A stretch of DNA of 64,000 nucleotides from an uncultured Bacteroidales bacterium (GCA_946624925.1 CAMOSO010000021.1:30-64029), one strand, 5' to 3'. Shown: positions 53,885 through 63,462, counted from the stretch's first letter. The notes: a model not told the origin generated them from the letters alone. Program-made: numbers and translations.

Positions 53885-55195
53885 ATGAAAATGAAATTCA
53901 TAACTACAATATTTCTGCACCTTGCAACGGCGGCAATAGTCGCCGCGCAGGGCGTGGATTTTAGCACATTGACGCCTACCAACCACCAAATTGCCTTCCC
54001 CGACGGCACAACGGCGGCGTACAAGGCATACGAGCGCATCCGTTACATCGACAATGCAATTGACACTAACTCTCAGTGTCTCAGCATTTTTGTACCCAAC
54101 GATGCCAAGCCCGACGCGCCAATCATCCTGAAAACATACACCACCGACTTCCGCAGCGCAACGCCACAACGTCCGTCCCCAAAAGACGAAACAGGCATCG
54201 CGCTCCGCAACGGCATCATTGTTTGCATTGCCGGCTGTCGTGGACACAACTCTATGCAAATCAGCACCATAGAAGTACAAACAAAAGGCAAGAAAAAGAA
54301 GAAAAGGAAATCGTCGATGGAGACCGACGTCGCCTATTGCGGCAAACTTCCCGCGCCGCTCATCGACCTCAAAGCCGCCGTGCGCTACCTCCGCGCCAAC
54401 GACAGCAAAATCCCCGGCTCGTCCGAAAAAATAATCGCAACCGGCTGTATGGCGGGCGGCGGGCTTGCGGCACTATTGGGCGCAACAGCCGACAATCCTT
54501 TTTTTGAACCGATGCTCAACGAAATCGGCGCGGCAAAATCCTCCGACAAGGTTTTTGCTGTGGCTTGTTTTGCGCCGCTCACCGACCCAAGCAACGCCTC
54601 AAAATCCGGCGAATTTCTAATGGAAAACCGTGGCGATTATGCGCGGCACATCGATTCGCTCACATTGTTGATGCCCGAATCTGAAACACCGCTGTTGTCA
54701 ACAAATTATCGTAAATATCTGAAAGACATCATGTTTGAATCTGTGCGCGAGGCATTGTCCAATCACATAATCATCGACGAAGATATGGGCCCCGATTATT
54801 ATTCAGACACCCGCGACCCCGACGATTTGTCGGAATACATTGTGAATTTCGACATTGAAAGGTACATCGCCGCACTCCGTCCGCTCGCCCCAAAAAGCGG
54901 CTTCAAACAATATTTCAACACCCTCGCCTCAAAAGCCTACGGCGACCGAACAGACAAAGATTATCCACTGATAATCAGGCAGATGAACATTGCGACACAC
55001 CTCAACTCCCCCACTCCATCAACACCCAAAAAATGGCTCATCCGCCACGACGCATTCGACGCATCAGTGCCAATCACCGAAAGCATCACCCTCTACACAA
55101 TGCTCTCAAACGCAGGCATCAACGTAGATTTTAGAGTGCCGTGGTATGGCAAATATGATTACAAAGAGGTTGTAAAATGGATTTTGGGGTTATAA
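53885..55195 (+). CDS. Secreted alpha/beta-hydrolase-fold protein, possibly catalytically inactive
   Basis: Signal peptide MKMKFITTIFLHLATAAIVAAQG. DLKAAVRYLRANDSKIPGSSEKIIATGCMAGGGLAALLG resembles the G-x-S-A-G-G esterase elbow but has Met at the nucleophile position. Confidence 0.45.
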   Translation: MKMKFITTIFLHLATAAIVAAQGVDFSTLTPTNHQIAFPDGTTAAYKAYERIRYIDNAIDTNSQCLSIFVPNDAKPDAPIILKTYTTDFRSATPQRPSPKDETGIALRNGIIVCIAGCRGHNSMQISTIEVQTKGKKKKKRKSSMETDVAYCGKLPAPLIDLKAAVRYLRANDSKIPGSSEKIIATGCMAGGGLAALLGATADNPFFEPMLNEIGAAKSSDKVFAVACFAPLTDPSNASKSGEFLMENRGDYARHIDSLTLLMPESETPLLSTNYRKYLKDIMFESVREALSNHIIIDEDMGPDYYSDTRDPDDLSEYIVNFDIERYIAALRPLAPKSGFKQYFNTLASKAYGDRTDKDYPLIIRQMNIATHLNSPTPSTPKKWLIRHDAFDASVPITESITLYTMLSNAGINVDFRVPWYGKYDYKEVVKWILGL

Positions 55196-55196
55196 A

Positions 55197-57152
55197 TCAA
55201 CCATTTGCATAACTGTGCATTCCGCCGAGGAAATAATTCACGCCAAAATATGTCATCAAAACAGTCAGGAAAGCAAGCACGAAAAAGAGATGCGTTTTGC
55301 GATCGTTTTGAAGAAATTTCAACGAAACACGGTGAAAACCAACTGCATAAACCATAAATGCAATCAACGCCCAAGTCTCTTTTGGGTCCCAACTCCAATA
55401 TCGTCCCCACGAGATATTTGCCCAAACCGCACCAAAGAAAATTCCTATACCTAACAAAATTTCAGCGGGATAGAGCATTATGCGGCTGAGGATGGTGAGT
55501 TGTGTGAGCTTTTCTTCGTCTTTGATGAAAAAAGAAAAAATTCCATTGAAAAACGTGAACGCCAACAGCGCGTATGCAACCATAATCGTGGAAACGTGCG
55601 CACTCAAAATCGGCGAATTTAATACCGGCATCAGCGGCGTAATTTGCGGATTTCGTTGACCGAGCCACGCCACCAAAAGTGTGAAGCCCGAAATCAAAAA
55701 TCCAAAGGGCGTGAGTATCTTGATTTTGTTGCCGAAAATCAACGCTAATATCATAATTATGAGCGACATAAAGAGCATTGTCTCATAGCCGTTGCCCATC
55801 GGAACACGTCCCGAAACATACCACCGCAAAATGTATCCGCAGAGGTCAAAAATCAATGAAATTACCAACAAAATTCTTAATGATTTGAATACTTTTATTG
55901 GAAATTTTTTGGCAACTATCATTACAAAAAACGCCAAAAATCCTATGGTGAGATTTGCCATAAAAAGGATTTTGGCAAAGTTGATTTTGTTGTAAATTAT
56001 TTCGGCGTTAATCTTTGATTCTGAGATTTTTACGTCAGAATCTTGAAACAGTTTACCGCTCGTTAGCATGAGAATCAAGCCGATTTTTTCGTCTACTTCG
56101 CGGACGGCTTTCGTTACTTCTACAGTGTTGAGGCGGTAATTTTCGTTTTCGTCAAAAAAGTCGGCAAACGAGGCGTATTTTTCAACGCCAAGTTGACGTT
56201 GCAAATCGGCATCTTTTATCAAAATCATCTTTTCGTCTTTCCAAACTTCGGGACGGTAAATCCATCCGCAAACCACTTGTTCGGCAGTGAGATTATAATA
56301 ATTCGGTTTGCCGTAAATCTTTGATACAAAATCTCTTGCCATTGTGTTGAACGGCGCGATACGACCGTTATAAACAATCTGTTTTGTGGAAATTTTGTCA
56401 GATTCTTCAAAAGAAATTGTTGGCACTTGCTTGGTCTGAGAATTTGCCGTCAAAATAAGACAAATAAATAATACAAAAAGTCCACCTTTCTTTAATGACG
56501 GATGCTTAATCAAATTGAGGAAATCGCTCTTTTTTGAAAACAAAATCCACAATCCCGACAATGCAAAAAGCATGTATCCCAAATACGTGAGCGGCGTACC
56601 ATACGGGTCGTAATTGACTGATAGAATGGTGCCTCGGTAATCCTCGTCAAAACTTGTTTGGTAAAATCTGAAACCGTTTTTCTTATAAATATTGTTCATA
56701 GAAATAACGGATTTTTCGCTATTGACGGTGATATAACTCTCAAAATCTTGCGGCATTGTGGTTCCCTGATAATTTTTTATGAGAAAACTATCCAACTTCA
56801 TCTCAAAACCGAGACTTTCTTTCCACATATTTTCTTTGAGCACAAAATAATCCGCACTTTCATTTTCGCGCAGATGCAACACTCCCTCCTTGCTTGTAAT
56901 GTGCGTCATCAATGCGCCCAACAATATGACTACCAACGATATATGAAATAAAAATACCGGCAGTTTCCTATACAATTTTTTGATGAACACCACCAACGCC
57001 CCCGCCGTCAGCACCGCCCACAATCCACAAAACCACGCTGTGGAATAAAAATGTTCGACAGCGTATGCCTGACTAAAAAACGTCGTCACCGCCATTGAAA
57101 TTAGCACGGCGATGAAGGCGGCGAGAATGGTGATTTTTAAGATTTTACGCAT
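55197..57152 (-). CDS. ccsA: System II cytochrome c biogenesis protein, fused ResB/CcsB-CcsA (CcsBA)
   Basis: 651 aa polytopic; WWD motif WANISWGRYWSWDPKETWA; large N-terminal ResB-like periplasmic loop. Confidence 0.85.
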   Translation of the reverse strand: MRKILKITILAAFIAVLISMAVTTFFSQAYAVEHFYSTAWFCGLWAVLTAGALVVFIKKLYRKLPVFLFHISLVVILLGALMTHITSKEGVLHLRENESADYFVLKENMWKESLGFEMKLDSFLIKNYQGTTMPQDFESYITVNSEKSVISMNNIYKKNGFRFYQTSFDEDYRGTILSVNYDPYGTPLTYLGYMLFALSGLWILFSKKSDFLNLIKHPSLKKGGLFVLFICLILTANSQTKQVPTISFEESDKISTKQIVYNGRIAPFNTMARDFVSKIYGKPNYYNLTAEQVVCGWIYRPEVWKDEKMILIKDADLQRQLGVEKYASFADFFDENENYRLNTVEVTKAVREVDEKIGLILMLTSGKLFQDSDVKISESKINAEIIYNKINFAKILFMANLTIGFLAFFVMIVAKKFPIKVFKSLRILLVISLIFDLCGYILRWYVSGRVPMGNGYETMLFMSLIIMILALIFGNKIKILTPFGFLISGFTLLVAWLGQRNPQITPLMPVLNSPILSAHVSTIMVAYALLAFTFFNGIFSFFIKDEEKLTQLTILSRIMLYPAEILLGIGIFFGAVWANISWGRYWSWDPKETWALIAFMVYAVGFHRVSLKFLQNDRKTHLFFVLAFLTVLMTYFGVNYFLGGMHSYANG

Positions 57153-57181
57153 AATTCTTGTATGTTACGAGCGTAAACGAG

Positions 57182-58300
57182 TTACGCCCCTACCACCGCC
57201 ATACACTCCATCTCTATCAGCCAACCTGGACGGCAGACGGGGGCGAGGGTAATTACCATCGGGACATTGACAAAGGTGTCGTGCATAATCTTGGTTACAA
57301 CCTGATAATCAGCCACATCGCGGAGATAACAGATGATATGCGCAAGGTCGCTGAACGATGCGCCGCCTTCGTTGAGAAGTGCGCGGACGTTTTCTATCAT
57401 TCTGAGAGTCTGCGCCTTGATGTCGCCAGGGGCAACTATTGCGCCTTTGTTGTCTATGGATGCCGTGCCGGAGATTATGATGTGGCGGCGGTCATCGTAA
57501 TCAACCGTGGTGCCGCGCTCAAATGTAACGCCATAATCGGACGTGCGGTTGAGATGGTCGGCGGCGTAGAGAAATTTCATTTGACCTGGTTGCAATCCGC
57601 CAACGCAATACGCATCCATTACAGATGTGATTTCTTTTTGGGCGTGGCGACCGCAAATGCCTGTGCTACTGATATAATGGGTGTCAACTGTGAGACCATT
57701 TTCATTGAAATTATCACGGCGAGCCTTTACAACGGCGGCATAATTTACGTCAATGTTTTGAACATAAAACCACGTGCGCACGCAGTTGTCGGCAATGTTG
57801 AGCCCATTGTCTTTAAGCATATTTTCGAGATACCAAAGTTGGTCGGCGGTTTCCAAGTAGGTTTCAACGGTTTTAAACACGCAATTCGCAGTGTAGAAAT
57901 GCGTGTATCCATTCGCCGAAACCTTCACAGTAAATTTGTCAACACGCTCTACCTCAACGTTTTGGCGGAGATAAACCAAAGCGGCAATTTTTGCACCGTG
58001 CAATGGCGGCTGTTCAATGTAAGCAAGGGCAATGTCGCCAACGATGGGACTGATTTTTTCAATCGCAGTCTCAGCCTGATTAGCCGCATCGGAAAGCATA
58101 AGTCGCACAAATACAGGTGTATAGCCGTTGTTTTTGGTAATTACAGAACCAACACCTTCTGCCACAGCGTCCAACTGTTCATAAAACGTGAGCAAAGGGT
58201 TGCAGGTGGTAACGATGGCATGGATTTCGCCGTTGCCGTCGCCTGCAAATGTGGATGTTTTAACTTCAAAATTATCTTTGGTATATGTTGAAAAATTCAT
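57182..58300 (-). CDS. YjgF/Rid-fold protein, chorismatase (FkbO/Hyg5/XanB2)-like
   Basis: 372 aa; HIIISGTASIDNKGAIVAPGDIKAQTLRMIENVRALL and C-terminal CRPGWLIEMECMA resemble Rid/chorismatase family motifs (recalled, not searched). Confidence 0.4.
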   Translation of the reverse strand: MNFSTYTKDNFEVKTSTFAGDGNGEIHAIVTTCNPLLTFYEQLDAVAEGVGSVITKNNGYTPVFVRLMLSDAANQAETAIEKISPIVGDIALAYIEQPPLHGAKIAALVYLRQNVEVERVDKFTVKVSANGYTHFYTANCVFKTVETYLETADQLWYLENMLKDNGLNIADNCVRTWFYVQNIDVNYAAVVKARRDNFNENGLTVDTHYISSTGICGRHAQKEITSVMDAYCVGGLQPGQMKFLYAADHLNRTSDYGVTFERGTTVDYDDRRHIIISGTASIDNKGAIVAPGDIKAQTLRMIENVRALLNEGGASFSDLAHIICYLRDVADYQVVTKIMHDTFVNVPMVITLAPVCRPGWLIEMECMAVVGA

Positions 58301-58365
58301 CTTTTAATCGTTTTTGGTTTGAGAGTGCAAAGATACAAAAATTATTCGTTTTTGCGCTCGTCTGA

Positions 58366-59325
58366 TTACAATTTCACACTCGAAATATCCACTAACCCAT
58401 TGACAATTGCGTAAATAGTCAAGCCGGCGGGGGAGTGGATTTGGAGTTTGCGGGCGATGTTGCGGCGGTGCGTGATTACGGTGTGGACGGAGATATTGAG
58501 ACGGTCGGCAATCTCCTTGTTTTGAAGGCCTTGCACTACGCCAACTATCACATCTTTTTCACGGTCGGAGAGTGCCTCGCCGCTCTCCTGTGCACCGTTG
58601 AACACCATCGACGAGATGTTTTTGGTGACGTCGCTTTGGACGTTGAGACGTTCCAAACGTTTGATGGCGGGGGTGAAAATGTGATCCTCAACATCGGCGT
58701 GATGACGCAGCCATTCCTCGTTGTTGAAAATATCGTAGAGGGTGGCGGTGAGTTGGTTGTTGCGGAGCGAATCTGATGGCAAATATTTGATAATCATCAG
58801 TTTGAGTTCGCGCAACTTGTGGTCGGTCTGTTCGTGGTGTTTAGAAAAAGTCTCAATATTGTAATTTGAAGTCTGATTGCCATCGAGCAACGCCTCCACG
58901 TATGGGAAAAGCGTCTTTTCCTCGTATTTCATGTGACGGCGGATTTCCTGCGAATATTCATCGTAGATTTTCATAATGAGTTTGCCGAGCGGGTCGCTGT
59001 CGTTGATGCTTTCCTTCAATTCGCGCTGAATGAAAGGCAACTGAAAATCAAGGTAATAAGTGTGGCTCGCCTTCAAATAGCGCAGCAACGTAGGCACACT
59101 GATTTGGTCGTCGTCTTCAAATTTTGCGGAATTGTTGATTGTGAAATTCACCACCGCCAAAAACGTATATGTATCCACGCCGTTGAGCCTACAAGTTTCG
59201 CTCACGGTCTTGTCGCCAAATCCGAGGTTGATTCCAAAAGAACCCAACGCCTGCAACACGCTGTAATTGTCCTTGATGAGCGTCACCATCTTGTCGTCGG
59301 GTTCGTATATCTTGATGTTTTTCAT
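58366..59325 (-). CDS. LuxR-family transcriptional regulator with hemerythrin-like (HHE) sensor region
   Basis: C-terminal HTH LSDREKDVIVGVVQGLQNKEIADRLNISVHTVITHRRNIARKL; upstream H/E-rich helices (SHTYYLDFQLPFIQ, HMKYEEKTLFPYVE, HHEQTDHKL, HHADVEDHIFTP). The start codon is uncertain (59325, 59337 or 59364). Confidence 0.7.
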   Translation of the reverse strand: MKNIKIYEPDDKMVTLIKDNYSVLQALGSFGINLGFGDKTVSETCRLNGVDTYTFLAVVNFTINNSAKFEDDDQISVPTLLRYLKASHTYYLDFQLPFIQRELKESINDSDPLGKLIMKIYDEYSQEIRRHMKYEEKTLFPYVEALLDGNQTSNYNIETFSKHHEQTDHKLRELKLMIIKYLPSDSLRNNQLTATLYDIFNNEEWLRHHADVEDHIFTPAIKRLERLNVQSDVTKNISSMVFNGAQESGEALSDREKDVIVGVVQGLQNKEIADRLNISVHTVITHRRNIARKLQIHSPAGLTIYAIVNGLVDISSVKL

Positions 59326-59464
59326 TGGATTACGCATGTTTATATCACGATGCAAAGTTAGCATATTGTAGTGAAACAGGCAAGCGGACAGCGGAAAATA
59401 CCTAAAATTAGGTATGGTCGGTAGGGCGCAATCATCAAAAATGGGGATAAAAAAACCGTTTTGA

Positions 59465-60193
59465 CTATTCCCCTCCCGCGCCGCTCAATATCCAATTGTC
59501 AATCAGAATCCGGTCTTGTTCGAGGTCTAATTTGTCGGTGTGGTTGTGCTTCACTTCGGGGAACTCGCCTTTGAGGATTTTGTGGAGGACGCTGTTGGCG
59601 GTGTCGCCGGGGGCAACGAGGTTGAGGTCGGCGCGTTTGGCTGATTTTGCGTTTACCAATGCGGCGTAACTTTTGCCTTCGGTGAGAAAAAGTCCTGCGG
59701 CAGCGTGTTCGCGCAAACCGTGGCAATCGGCGCATCTTAGAGTGAAATATTCATTTTGAATGTAATTAAACATTCCAGCGTTGATGGTGCCTGCATCAAT
59801 TTTCAAAGTGTCGCGAGAGCTTTTGTCGTCGTTGGTGAGTTCTTTTTGCCAAAGTGTTACCACACGCTGACGGATTCGGTTCAAAACGGTGATTTCCAAA
59901 TAGTTGACACTCTGAGGAATACCGCCAAGAGTGATGTGCGTAGAGCCGTTGCCGTTGTTGATAATCTGTTTTGAAATTTCGGAATATTCTGCGGGGGCGG
60001 TTTTGTCGTTTACAGCCAATGAAAATCCTGAAAGAGTAACGCTGTATCCATCAGGCCAAGAGTCTAAGCCGCTGATAGTTGCATCAACCGAAACCTTGAT
60101 ACCTTCTTGCTGAAAAGTGTATTTTTCAACAATGTCGCCATCGTCGCAGGCGGCTAACAAAAACAATGAAATTATGTATAATATCTTTTTCAT
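59465..60193 (-). CDS. Lipoprotein with C-terminal c-type cytochrome (PSCyt1-like) domain
   Basis: Lipobox LFLLAACDD; single CxxCH (RCADCHG) followed by LVAPGDTANSVLHKIL, resembling planctomycete-type cytochrome c domains. Confidence 0.55.
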   Translation of the reverse strand: MKKILYIISLFLLAACDDGDIVEKYTFQQEGIKVSVDATISGLDSWPDGYSVTLSGFSLAVNDKTAPAEYSEISKQIINNGNGSTHITLGGIPQSVNYLEITVLNRIRQRVVTLWQKELTNDDKSSRDTLKIDAGTINAGMFNYIQNEYFTLRCADCHGLREHAAAGLFLTEGKSYAALVNAKSAKRADLNLVAPGDTANSVLHKILKGEFPEVKHNHTDKLDLEQDRILIDNWILSGAGGE

Positions 60194-60213
60194 AATTATT
60201 ATAATAAAATTTT

Positions 60214-60389
60214 AACAACGAATTAAACTAATGAAACGAATATTTTTACGAATTAAAAAAGAAAACTATTTCATATTTTTCTTTACAAATAAAACGAATA
60301 CAACAAAACTATGTATTTGTTTGATTCGTAATATATAAACTCAGATAATATTTATTATTTTTTTCGTTTTATTCGTTTAATTCGTTGTT
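60214..60389. repeat. ~175-bp AT-rich element bounded by perfect 15-bp terminal inverted repeats (MITE-like)
   Basis: aacaacgaattaaac at 60214-60228 and gtttaattcgttgtt at 60375-60389; the same 15-mer occurs at 21258-21272. Confidence 0.75.
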
Positions 60390-60397
60390 GAAAAAAA

Positions 60398-61612
60398 TTA
60401 AAAAGCATACTGCAACATTACTGTAACAGAGTGGGTTGCGAGACCGAGGTCGTCGTTGTCGCGGTCGAGCTGCGTTTCGTGGCCCGTGCGTCCCATGTAC
60501 TGATACATTGCTTGGAGTTTGAGGTTGGTGTCCTTGATGAAATAATTGAAACCAAATGCGGGCATATTGATAATGCCGTCCTTGTCGGTGGCGTTGCGAT
60601 CCATAAAGTCGTAACGTGCAGCCACTTGCCACTGATTAGCCACAAAATATCCCGCCTGGACGTATCCTCCAAAATAGTTGAAAGTGTCATCGATTTTTTG
60701 GCGGTCGGTGAATCCGATGTGCATCATATATGCCTCAACGGCGATGTAAAGGCGGTTTTTCATGTATGCAAACTCAAATCCAAAACGGCTGTCGTTGGTA
60801 GATTCGCTTTCGCTCTCGATGTTGGTGTTGGCAGAAAGGGCGATGAGCATCTTTTGGTCGCTCAAATTGTTGGGATTTCCCTGAGTAGAAGGCATATAGC
60901 CAAATGGCATTACTGCAATTCTACCTGCGTAGAGCAACGATGGGAGACCCTTGATGTCGTCGCTGAGGGTCTTGGTGGCGGTGTTGACGCCCGCGCCAGT
61001 GCCGTTGAAAATGCCGGCTTCGTAGCTGAATTTGTTGTTGGCAATAAGTCCGTGAGCCATTACGCCGAGGTCGAAACCTGTGCCGATAGTGGGGTTGACG
61101 GCGTTGAGTACGTGAGGCATTATTACGTTGGTAGTCAGCGATGTAGGCACGCAGGGAAGGAGAGTTTCGCCCAAAGTGGTGAGGTAGGCGTGTGTGTAGG
61201 GGGTTTTGAATTTTCCAACGCGGAAACTGAGTGCGTTGTTGGCCTTTACGTCGAACCAAGCCTGTTGCAAAAGTGCTCCGCCCGAGCCGGCAGCGTTGAT
61301 GCTCAGGTTAAACGAAATTCTGTCGTAAACCTTGCCTGTGAAACCAAGGATTGCATACGGAATTGCAAAGCCCGAGTTCATCACATTGTCTTGATTATAA
61401 GCCTTGTCGAGACCCTCGTCGTCGTACCAGTTGTATTTTCCGGCGGTCTGAATCAAGGTGTAAGGCTTGAAAACAAAGTCGCCTTTCTTAGATTTAATTG
61501 AAAAACCTTCACGTCCGGCAAGCGACACAACGCCATTGTCGGTGTCTTCTGTCTGCGCTGAAACTGAAAGCGTTACAGCGGATAGTATTGTTATCAAAAA
61601 TATCTTTTTCAT
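60398..61612 (-). CDS. Outer-membrane porin (phosphate-selective porin O/P-like beta-barrel)
   Basis: Signal peptide MKKIFLITILSAVTLSVSAQ; beta-barrel pattern; C-terminal VTVMLQYAF. Confidence 0.6.
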   Translation of the reverse strand: MKKIFLITILSAVTLSVSAQTEDTDNGVVSLAGREGFSIKSKKGDFVFKPYTLIQTAGKYNWYDDEGLDKAYNQDNVMNSGFAIPYAILGFTGKVYDRISFNLSINAAGSGGALLQQAWFDVKANNALSFRVGKFKTPYTHAYLTTLGETLLPCVPTSLTTNVIMPHVLNAVNPTIGTGFDLGVMAHGLIANNKFSYEAGIFNGTGAGVNTATKTLSDDIKGLPSLLYAGRIAVMPFGYMPSTQGNPNNLSDQKMLIALSANTNIESESESTNDSRFGFEFAYMKNRLYIAVEAYMMHIGFTDRQKIDDTFNYFGGYVQAGYFVANQWQVAARYDFMDRNATDKDGIINMPAFGFNYFIKDTNLKLQAMYQYMGRTGHETQLDRDNDDLGLATHSVTVMLQYAF

Positions 61613-61845
61613 CTATTTAAATTTTTTACTACTTAATTTTTTTAACAACGGAACTCTCTGAAAGCACGGAATCATTTTGCAAAAAAGAAAATTTTAAATA
61701 CTTAAAATTTTTGAGCGGAAAAAACGGAAATAAGTTTCCGCAAAATTGTTTCTGCAATTTTTTTCCCGTGTTTTCCAAAAAATATTTTTTCTAAAAAATA
61801 TTTTATTAATTATTTGATTTTCCGTATTTTCTGTGTTTTCCGTTG

Positions 61846-63285
61846 TTACAAACTCTCTAAAAATGTTACTAATGCCTCCCTGTCCTCTTTTGGCATTTTT
61901 GCAAAGAGGTTTTTGGAGGCTTCGCCTTCGCCGCCGTGCCACATTATGGCTTCGGTGAAATTGCGGGCGCGTCCGTCGTGGAGGAAATAGGTGTGGCCGT
62001 TTACGATTTTTTGCAAGCCGACGCCCCAAAGCGGTGTGGTGCGCCATTCGTTGCCACGGGCTAAGCCGCTGACATAATTATCGTTGAGACCAACGCCCAT
62101 AATCTCGCTGCCCATATCGTGAAGCAAGAAATCAGAATACGGGTGTATCGTCTGACCGCCGAGCCACGGAATCCGCGTACCATTCAGTAGCACAGAGCCT
62201 TGCGGTTGGGTGTGAAGTGTTGTAACGTGGCACAGATGGCATCCTGCGGCGTAAAACATCTGTTCGCCGCGCTTTACCGTCGGGTCGTTTACGTTGCGGC
62301 GGGCTGGCACGCCAAGGCATTGCATATAAAGGTCAACATCCTCCATCTGTTCGGACGTAACGTCCAACTGATGGTAAGTAATGCCCATAGCCGACGTTGC
62401 CTGAGCCATTTGAGCCTGACCTTCGCAAATCTCCTCGGGGAAACGGCTGTTGGTGGCGCCCATATCCGACGAAAAACCGAGTTCCACAGTCAGGTCGGCG
62501 TGCTGAGCCTTGTTGCCGGAGAGACCGAGTTGGAGTTTGCCGCGTTCCTTGATGTAGTTTGCCTTGCCCGAAATTCCGTATTCGGGGTAATTGCTGCGGG
62601 CTGCAAGTTGCTCTATTTCGTGGCGGTCGATAGCCATCATCAAGCCCATTCCCACGTGTCGGAGCGGTATGCGGACGGTGCAGAATAGGTCTTCGGGGGC
62701 GATAGTGTCGGCGTACCATTCGGTGATGGTATATTCGGGGCGGGCGAGCTGGTATTTTTCGCCGTCGGGAAATTCAAAATCCTCAAATTTCCATTCCACT
62801 TTGAGCTTGCCTTCGGGCTTCACGCCCATAATCGCATTGTCGTGAACCACACGTCCATAATCTTGGAAAAACGAACCGTTTTTTCGTGTGATGTAAATCA
62901 GCATTGACGAAAAACCGAAGTTTCCGCTGCCGAGATTGCTCCACGTGGTAGGTTCGGTGCGTCCGGCGTTTCGATGGCAACTGCCGCACGAATATCCCCC
63001 ATACACGGGACCCAGTCCGCCCTGGCTTTGCGACGAGCCGAGTGGATTGTCGTAAAGGTTGTCGCCATTGTTGAAACGCGAGGTGTATTTGCCAGAAACC
63101 CACGGCGCATCGGTATCGAAGGCGTAGGAACTTTTGAGGAAGACCGTTGACGAACCCGCCGACATCGCAAATCCGTCGGGGATTTCGATTTCGTCCACCT
63201 CAATGCCCTCGTCGTTATCGCAACTACTTAATGCAAAGGTAGTTGCAATACATCCAAAAGTCAATATTTTAGCAAATGATTTCAT
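61846..63285 (-). CDS. Di-haem cytochrome c peroxidase-like oxidoreductase (DUF1111 family)
   Basis: Lipobox ALSSCDN; two CxxCH motifs (CGSCHRNAG, AGCHLCHV); LWGVGL...FLHDGRARN...AIMWHGGEG is typical of DUF1111. Confidence 0.8.
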   Translation of the reverse strand: MKSFAKILTFGCIATTFALSSCDNDEGIEVDEIEIPDGFAMSAGSSTVFLKSSYAFDTDAPWVSGKYTSRFNNGDNLYDNPLGSSQSQGGLGPVYGGYSCGSCHRNAGRTEPTTWSNLGSGNFGFSSMLIYITRKNGSFFQDYGRVVHDNAIMGVKPEGKLKVEWKFEDFEFPDGEKYQLARPEYTITEWYADTIAPEDLFCTVRIPLRHVGMGLMMAIDRHEIEQLAARSNYPEYGISGKANYIKERGKLQLGLSGNKAQHADLTVELGFSSDMGATNSRFPEEICEGQAQMAQATSAMGITYHQLDVTSEQMEDVDLYMQCLGVPARRNVNDPTVKRGEQMFYAAGCHLCHVTTLHTQPQGSVLLNGTRIPWLGGQTIHPYSDFLLHDMGSEIMGVGLNDNYVSGLARGNEWRTTPLWGVGLQKIVNGHTYFLHDGRARNFTEAIMWHGGEGEASKNLFAKMPKEDREALVTFLESL

Positions 63286-63344
63286 GTTTTGTTATATACA
63301 CATAATTGACAATCGAAGTTTTCGCGCCCCGATTGCCAATTAAT

Positions 63345-63462
63345 ATTTTGTGTTATTTGAATAGATTTGTAAGATTTCTGTCCCAACGGGACACCGAAAC
63401 GGGGAGCCGCCTACGGCGGGAAATCTTACAAATCTTTTCAAATCTTACAAATTTTTCAAATC
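63345..63462. repeat. Dispersed repeat copy (AGATTTGTAAGATTTCT ... GAAATCTTACAAATCT enclosing two GC hairpins)
   Basis: 17-mer at 63363-63379 pairs with 63420-63435; the loop holds gtcccaacgggac and ccgcctacggcgg hairpins. Confidence 0.55.

Noticed and set aside
61694-62047. 117-aa ORF and AT-rich stretch between the porin and the DUF1111 gene, considered as a possible small gene.
   Set aside because: The translation is Arg/Lys-rich low complexity and overlaps the DUF1111 3' end out of frame. The intergenic part (61613-61845) looks like an AT-rich spacer with ggaaaa/ttttcc words rather than coding sequence.
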